Shown in pieces: positions 56,201 to 64,000 of a stretch of 64,000 nucleotides of DNA; position 1 is the first letter of the stretch; the number at the start of each line of letters is the position of its first letter. The DNA is from Octopus sinensis (taxonomy: Eukaryota). The stretch is from assembly GCF_006345805.1 (NCBI RefSeq), contig NC_042999.1, positions 146,506,001 through 146,570,000 on the forward strand, read 5' to 3'. The translations under genes were made by a program, and so were the position numbers. The notes below the pieces were generated by a model. It made no database searches and was not told the origin of the DNA. It saw only the letters and a program-made list of their open reading frames with translations.

Positions 56201-59200
56201 CTGTGAAGCTTCGATTCCTAGGTTGGTTGGTTAATAACCAGGACACGTTGCCTGATTTAAGCGTACCCTGGACCTAGTTATTAAAGCTGTGAGGCTTTGA
56301 TACTAGGTTGGTTGGTTAATAACCAAGAAACGTTGACTAACGAAAGCGTGGCCTGGACCTAGTTATTAGAGCTATGAGGTTTCGATTTTAGGTTGGTTGG
56401 TGAAGAACCAGGACACGTTGCCTGACTTAAGTGTGGTCTGGGCCTAGTTATTAAAGCTGTGAGGCTTCGATTCTAGGTTTGTTGGTTAATAACCAGGACA
56501 GTTGCCTTAACTTAAGCGTGGCCTGGACCTAGTTATTAAAGCTGTGAGGCTTCGATTCTAGGTTGGTTGGTTAATAACCAGGACACGTTGCCTGACTTCA
56601 GCGTGGCCTGGACCTAGTTATTAAAGCTGTGAGGCGTCGATTCTACGTTGGTTTGTTAATAACCAGGACACGTTGCCTAACTTAAGCGTGGTCTGGACAT
56701 ATTTATTAAAGCTGTGAGGCTTCGAGTCTAGGCTGGTTGGTTAATAACCAGGACACGTTGCCTGATTTAAGCGTGGTCTGGACCTAGTTATTATAGCTGT
56801 GAGGTTTCGATTCTACGTTCGTTGTTTAATAACCAGGACACGTTGTCGGACTTTAGCGTAGTCTGGACCTAGTTATTAAAGCTGTGAGGCTTCGATTCTA
56901 GGTCGGTTGGTTAATAACCAGGACACGTTGCCTAACTTAAGCGTGGTCTGGACCTAGTTATTAAAGCTGTGAGGCTTTGATACTAGGTTGGTTGGTTAAT
57001 AACCAGGACACGTTGCCTGATTTAAGCGTACCCTGGACCTAGTTATTAAAGCTGTGAGGCTTTGATACTAGGTTGGTTGGTTAATAACCAAGAAACGTTG
57101 ACTAACGAAAGCGTGGCCTGGACCTAGTTATTAGAGCTATGAGGCTTCGATTTTAGGTTGGTTGGTGAAGAACCAGGACACGTTGCCTGACTTAAGTGTG
57201 GTCTGGGCCTAGTTATTAAAGCTGTGAGGCTTCGATTCTAGGTTTGTTGGTTAATAACCAGGACAGTTGCCTTAACTTAAGCGTGGCCTGGACCTAGTTA
57301 TTAAAGCTGTGAGGCTTCGATTCTAGGTTGGTTGGTTAATAACCAGGACACGTTGCCTGACTTCAGCGTGGCCTGGACCTAGTTATTAAAGCTGTGAGGC
57401 GTCGATTCTACGTTGGTTTGTTAATAACCAGGACACGTTGCCTAACTTAAGCGTGGTCTGGACATATTTATTAAAGCTGTGAGGCTTCGAGTCTAGGCTG
57501 GTTGGTTAATAACCAGGACACGTTGCCTGATTTAAGCGTGGTCTGGACCTAGTTATTATAGCTGTGAGGTTTCGATTCTACGTTCGTTGTTTAATAACCA
57601 GGACACGTTGTCGGACTTTAGCGTAGTCTGGACCTAGTTATTAAAGCTGTGAGGCTTCGATTCTAGGTCGGTTGGTTAATAACCAGGACACGTTGCCTAA
57701 CTTAAGCGTGGTCTGGACCTAGTTATTAAAGTTGTGAGGCTTCGATTCAACGAAGGTTGTTTAATAACCAGAAGATGTTTCCTGACTTGTGCGTAGTGTG
57801 GACCTATTTATTAAAGCTGTGAGGTTTCGATTCTAGGCTGGTTGGTTAATAACCAGGACACGTTGCCTGATTTAAGCGTACTCTGGACCTAGTTATTAAA
57901 GCTGTGAGGCTTTGATACTAGGTTGGTTGGTTAATAACCAAGAAACGTTGCCTAACGAAAGCGTGGACTGGACCTAGTTATTAAAGCTGTGAGGCTTCGA
58001 TTCTAGGTTGGTTGGTTAATAACCAGGACACGTTGCCTGATTTAAGCGTACCCTGGACCTAGTTATTAAAGCTGTGAGGCTTTGATACTAGGTTGGTTGG
58101 TTAATAACCAAGAAACGTTGACTAACGAAAGCGTGGCCTGGACCTAGTTATTAGAGCTATGAGGCTTCGATTTTAGGTTGGTTGGTGAAGAACCAGGACA
58201 CGTTGCCTGACTTAAGTGTGGTCTGGGCCTAGTTATTAAAGCTGTGAGGCTTCGATTCTAGGTTTGTTGGTTAATAACCAGGACAGTTGCCTTAACTTAA
58301 GCGTGGCCTGGACCTAGTTATTAAAGCTGTGAGGCTTCGATTCTAGGTTGATTGGTTAATAACCAGGACACATTGCCTGAGTTAAGCGTAATCTGGACCT
58401 AGTAATTAAAGCTGTGAGGTTTCATTCTAGGTTGGTTGTTTAATAACCAGGACACAGTACCTGACTTAAGCGTGGTCTGGACCTAGTTATTAATGCTGTG
58501 AGCCTTCGATTCTAGGTTGGTTGATTAATAACCAGGATACGTTGCCTAACATAAGCGTGGCCTGGACCTAGGTATTAAAGCTGTGAGGCTTCGATTCTAG
58601 TTTGCTTGATTAATAACCAGGACACGGTACCTGACTTAAGCATTGTAAGGACCTAGTTATTAAAGATGTGAGGCTTCGATTCTAGGTTGGTTGGTTAATA
58701 AGCACAACACGTTGCCTGACTAAAACGTGGCCTGGACCTAGTTATTAAAGCTGTGAGGCTTTGATTCTAGGTTGGTTGGTTAATAACCAGGACATGTTGC
58801 CTAACTTAAGCGTGGCCTGGACCTAGTTAGTAAAGCTGTGAGACTTCGATTCTAGGTTGGTTGGTTAACAACCAGGAGACGTTGCTTGATTTGAGCGTGG
58901 TCTGGACCTAGTTATTAAAGCTGTGAGGTTTTATTCTAGGTTGGTTGGTTAACAACCAAGATATTTTGCCTAACTTAAGCGGGGTCTGGACCTTGTTATT
59001 AATGCTGTGAGGCTTCGATTCTAGGTTGGTTGGTTAATAACCAGGACACGTTTCCTGAATTAAGCGTGGTCTGAACAAAGTTATTAAAGCTGTGAAGCTT
59101 CGATTCTAGTTTGGTTGGTTGATAACCAGGACATGTTGCCTGACTTAAGCGTAGTCTGGACCTAGTTAGTAGAGCTGTGAGGCTTTGATTCTAGGTTGGT

Positions 59201-62200
59201 TAGTTAATAACCAATACACGTTGCCTAAATTAAGCGTGGTCTGGGCCTCGGTATTAAAGCTGTGAGGCTTCGATTCTAGGTTGGTTGTTTAATAACCAAG
59301 ACACGTTGCCTAACGAAAGCGTGGCCTGGACCTAGTTATTAAAGCTGTGAGGCGTTATTCTAGGTTGGTTGGTTAACAACCATGACATGTTGCCTAAATT
59401 AAACGTGGTCTGGACCCAGTTATTAAAGCTGTGAGGCTTCGACTCCAGGTTGGTTGGTTAATAACCAGGACACGTTTCCTGAATTAAGCGTGGTCTGGAC
59501 CTAGTTATTAAAGCTGTTAAGCTTCGATTCTAGTTCGCTTGGTTAATAACCAGGACAAGTTGCCTGACTTGTAGTCAAGACCTAGTTATTAAAGCTGTGA
59601 GGTTTCGATTCTAGGTTGGTTGGTTAATAATCAGGACAAAGTACCTGATGTAAGCGTTGTCCGGACCTAGTTATTAAAGCTGTGAGGCTTTGATTCTAGG
59701 TTGGTTAATAAGCAGGCCACGTTCCCTGACTTAAGCGTGGTCTGGACCCAGTTATTAAATCCGTGAGGCTTTGATTCTACGTTGGTTGGTTAATAACCGG
59801 GACAAGTTGCCTAACTTAAGCGTGGTCTGGACCTAGGTATTAAAGCTGTGCGGCTTCGATTACAGGTCGGTGGGTTAATAACCAGGACATGTTGCCTGAT
59901 TTAAGCGTGGCCTGGACCTAGTTATTAAAGCTGTGAGGCTTCGATTCCTAGGTTGGTTGGACACGCTGCCTGATTTGAGCGTGGTCGGGACCTAGTTATG
60001 AAAGCTGTGAGGCTTTGATTCGAGGTTGGTTGGTTAACAACCAGGAGACGTTGCCTAACTTAAGCGTGGTCTGGAACTAGTTATTAAAGCTGTGAGGCTT
60101 TGATTCTAGTATGGTTGGTTAATAACCAGGACACGTTGCCTGACTTGAGCGTGGTCTGGTCGAAGTTATTATAGCTGTGAGGCTTTGATTCCAGGTTGGT
60201 TGGTTAACAACCAAGACACTTTGCCTAACTTAAGCGTGGTCTGGACCGAGTTATTAAAGGTGTGAGGCTTCGGTTCAGGTTGCTTGGTTAATAACCAGGA
60301 CAAGTTTCCTGAATTAAGCGTGGTCTGGACCTTGTTATTAAAGCTGTGAATCTTCGATTCTAGTTCGATTGGTTAATAACCAGGACAAGTTGCCTACCTT
60401 AAGCGTAGTCTGGACCTAGTTATTAGAGGTGTGAGGATTTGATTCTAGTTTGTTTGGTTAATAACCAAGACACGTTGCGTAACTTATGCGTGGTCTGGAC
60501 CTAGTTATTAAAGCTGTGAGGCTTCGATTCCAGGTTGGTTGGTTAATAACCAGGACACGTTTCCTGAATTAAGCGAAGTCTGGACCTAGTTATTAAAGCT
60601 GTGAAGCTTCGATTCTAGTTTGCTTGGTTAATAACCAGGACAAGTTGCTTAACTTAAGCGTGGTCTGGACCTAGTTATTAAAGCTGTGAGGTTTCGATTC
60701 TAGGTTGTTTGTTTAATAATCAGGACACAGTAGCTGACGTAAGCGTAGTCTGGACCTAGTTATTAAAGCTGTAAGGCTTCGATTCTAGGTTGGTTGTTTA
60801 ATAAGCAGGCCACGTTGCCTGACTTAAGCGTGGTCTGGCCCTAGTTATTAAAGCTGTGACGCTTGATCCTAGGTTGGCTGGTTAATAACCATTACAAGTT
60901 GCCTAACTTAAGCGTGGTCTGGACTTAGGTATTAAAGCTGTGAAGCTTCGATTCCAGGTTGGTTGTTTAATAACCAGTACACGTTGCCTGATTTAAGCGT
61001 GGCCTGGACCACGTTATTAAAGCTGTGAGGCTTCGATTCCTAGGTTGGTTGGATAACAACCAGGACACGCTGGTGAGGTTTCGATTCTAGGTTGGTTGGT
61101 TAATAATCAGGACAAAGTACCTGATGTAAGCGTTGTCCGGACCTAGTTATTAAAGCTGTGAGGCTTTGATTCTAGGTTGGTTAATAAGCAGGCCACGTTC
61201 CCTGACTTAAGCGTGGTCTGGACCCAGTTATTAAATCCGTGAGGCTTTGATTCTACGTTGGTTGGTTAATAACCGGGACAAGTTGCCTAACTTAAGCGTG
61301 GTCTGGCTTCGATTACAGGTCGGTGGGTTAATAACCAGGACACGTTGCCTGATTTAAGCGTGGCCTGGACCTACTTATTAAAGCTGTGAGGCTTCGATTC
61401 CTAGGTTGGTTGGACACGCTGCCTGACTTGAGCGTGGTCTGGACCTAGTTATGAAAGCTGTGAGGCTTTGATTCGAGGTTGGTTGGTTAACAACCAGGAG
61501 ACGTTGCCTGACTTGAGCGTGGTCTGGTCCAAGTTATTATAGCTGTGAGGCTTTGATTCCAGATTGGGTGGTTAACAACCAAGACATGTTGCCTAACTTA
61601 AGCGTGGTCTGGACCGAGTTATTAAAGCTGTGAGGGTTCGGTTCAGGTTGGTTGGTTAAAAACCAGGACAAGTTTCCTGAATTAAGCGTGGTCTGGACCT
61701 TGTTATTAAAGATGTGAATCTTCGATTCTAGTTCGATTGGTTAATAACCAGAAGTTGCCTACCTTAAGCGTAGTCTGGACCTAGTTATTAGAGGTGTGAG
61801 GATTTGATTCTAGTTTGTTTGGTTAATAACCAAGACAGGTTGCGTAACTTATGCGTGGTCTGGACCTAGTTATTAAAGCTGTGAGGCTTCGATTTCAGGT
61901 TGGTTGGTTAATAACCAGGACACGTTTCCTGAATTAAGCGAAGTCTGGACCTAGTTATTAAAGCTGTGAAGCTTCGATTCTAGTTTGCTTGGTTAATAAC
62001 CAGGACAAGTTGCTTAACTTAAGCGTGGTCTGGACCTAGTTATTAAAGCTGTGAGGTTTCGATTCTAGGTTGGTTGCTTAATAATCAGGACACAGTAGCT
62101 GACGTAAGCGTAGTCTGGACCTAGTTATTAAAGCTATAAGGCTTCGATTCTAGGATGGTTGTTTAATAAGCAGGCCACGTTGCCTGACTTAAGCGTGGTC

Positions 62201-64000
62201 TGGACCTAGATATTAAAGCTGTGACGCTTGATCCTAGGGTGGCTGGTTAATAACCATTACAAGTTGCCTAACTTAAGCGTGGTCTGGACCTAGGTATTAA
62301 AGCTGTGAAGCTTCGATTCCAGGTTGGTTGTTTAATAACCTGTACACGTTGCCTGATTTAAGCGTGGCCTGGACCACGTTATTAAAGCTGTGAGGCTTCG
62401 ATTCCTAGGTTGGTTGGATAACAACCAGGACACGCTGCCTGACTTGAGCGTTGTCTGGACCTAGTTATTAAAGCTGTGAGGCTGTGATACTAGGTTGGCT
62501 GGTTAATAACAAGGACAAGTTGCCTAACTTAAGCGTGGTCTGGACCTAGTTATTAAAGCTGTGAGGCTTCGATTCTAGGTTGGTTGGTTAATAACCAGGA
62601 CAGTTGCCTTAACTTAAGCGTGGCCTTGACCTAGTTATTAAAGCTGTGAGGCTTCGATTCTAGTTTGGTTGGTTAATTACCAGGACACGTTGTCTGATTT
62701 CAGCGCGGCCTGGACCTAGTTATTAAAGCTGTGAGGTTTCGATTCTAAGTTGGTTGGTTAATAACCAACACACGTTGCTTAACTTAAGCGTGGTCTGGAC
62801 CTAGTTATTAAAGCTGTGAGGCTTCGATTCGAGGTTGGTTGGTTAATTACCAGGACACGTTGTCTGATTTCAGCGCGGCTTGGACCTAGATATTAAAGCT
62901 GTGAGGTTTCGATTCTAAGTTGGTTGGTTAATAACCAAGACACGTTGCTTAACTTAAGCGTGGTCTGGACCTAGTTATTAAAGCTGTGAGGCTTCGAGTC
63001 GAGGTTGGTTGGTTAATTACCAGGACAAGTTGCCTGATTTAAGCGTGGCCTGGACCTAGTTATTAAAACTGTGAGGCTTCGATTCTAGGTTGGTTGGTTA
63101 ATAACCAGGGACAAGTTGGTTGGTTAATAACCGGGACAAGTTGCCTAACTTAAGCGTGGTCTGGACCTAGGTATTAAAGCTGTGAGGCTTCGATTACAGG
63201 TCGGTGGGTTAATAACCAGGACACGTTGCCTGATTTAAGCGTGGCCTGGACCTAGTTATTAAAGCTGTGAGGCTTCGATTCCTATGTTGGTTGGATAACA
63301 ACCAGGACACACTGCCTGACTTGAGCGTGGTCTGGTCCAAGTTATTATAGCTGTGAGGCTTTGATTCTAGGTTGGTTGGTTAACAACCAAGACATGTTGC
63401 CTAACTTAAGCGTGGTCTGGACCGAGTTATTAAAGCTGTGAGGCTTCGATTACAGGTCGGTGGGTTAATAACCAGGACACGTTGCCTGATTTAAGCGTGG
63501 CCTGGACCTAGTTATTAAAGCTGTGAGGCTTCGATTCCTATGTTGGTTGGATAACAACCAGGACACACTGCCTGACTTGAGCGTGGTCTGGTCCAAGTTA
63601 TTATAGCTGTGAGGCTTTGATTCTAGGTTGGTTGGTTAACAACCAAGACATGTTGCCTAACTTAAGCGTGGTCTGGACCGAGTTATTAAAGCTGTGAGGC
63701 TTCGGTTCAGGTTGGTTGGTTAATAACCAGGACACGTTTCCTGAATTAAGCGTGGTCTGGACCTTGTTATTAAAGCTGTGAATCTTCGATTCTAGTTCGA
63801 TTGGTTAATAACCAGAAGTTGCCTAACTTAAGCGTAGTCTGGACCTAGTTATTAGAGGTGTGAGGCTTTGTTTCTAGTTTGTTTGGTTAATAACCAGGAC
63901 ACGTTGCGTAACTTATGCGTGTTCTGGACCGAGTTATTAAAGCTGTGTGGCTTCGATTCCAGGTTGGTTGGTTAATAACCAGGACACGTTTCCTGAATTA
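53299..64000 (+). repeat. 85-bp satellite DNA array with higher-order repeats, running off the window end
   Basis: Monomer aataaccaggacacgttgcctaacttaagcgtggtctggacctagttattaaagctgtgaggcttcgattctaggttggttggtt; variant markers recur at 935, 1021 and 765 bp spacings. Confidence 0.97.

Noticed and set aside
53299-64000. CRISPR-like or attC-like array
   Set aside because: The variable parts are homologous variants of one sequence, not unique spacers; no cas or integrase genes; eukaryotic context

Overview
Repeat-dense, AT-rich eukaryotic DNA with no intact protein-coding gene, rRNA, bona fide tRNA or CRISPR array that I can support. The tRNA-derived SINE families and microsatellite load look like an octopus (coleoid cephalopod) genome; this is inference. 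Positions 1-53.3 kb are a mosaic of nested transposon debris: an R4/Dong-like RT fragment, a 2.2-kb ORF1(CCHC)-only retro-insertion interrupted by a Mutator-like MITE, Tigger and Tc1/mariner relics, Penelope-like pieces with hammerhead-ribozyme motifs, RTE and other LINE fragments, several SINE families, MITEs and many non-autonomous Helitrons. The Helitrons include a head-to-tail trimer (30262-37396) and a 4.3-kb near-perfect palindrome with Helitron ends (18981-23291). From about 53.3 kb to the window end lies an 85-bp satellite with higher-order repeats. The most notable structures are a 1-kb inverted-repeat element carrying one intact and one core-mutated hammerhead (38289-39326), the giant palindrome, the Helitron trimer, and a SINE head with four exchangeable tails, one of which matches an RTE LINE 3' end present in the same window. 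Coordinates were read by eye; boundaries of degenerate repeats are approximate.
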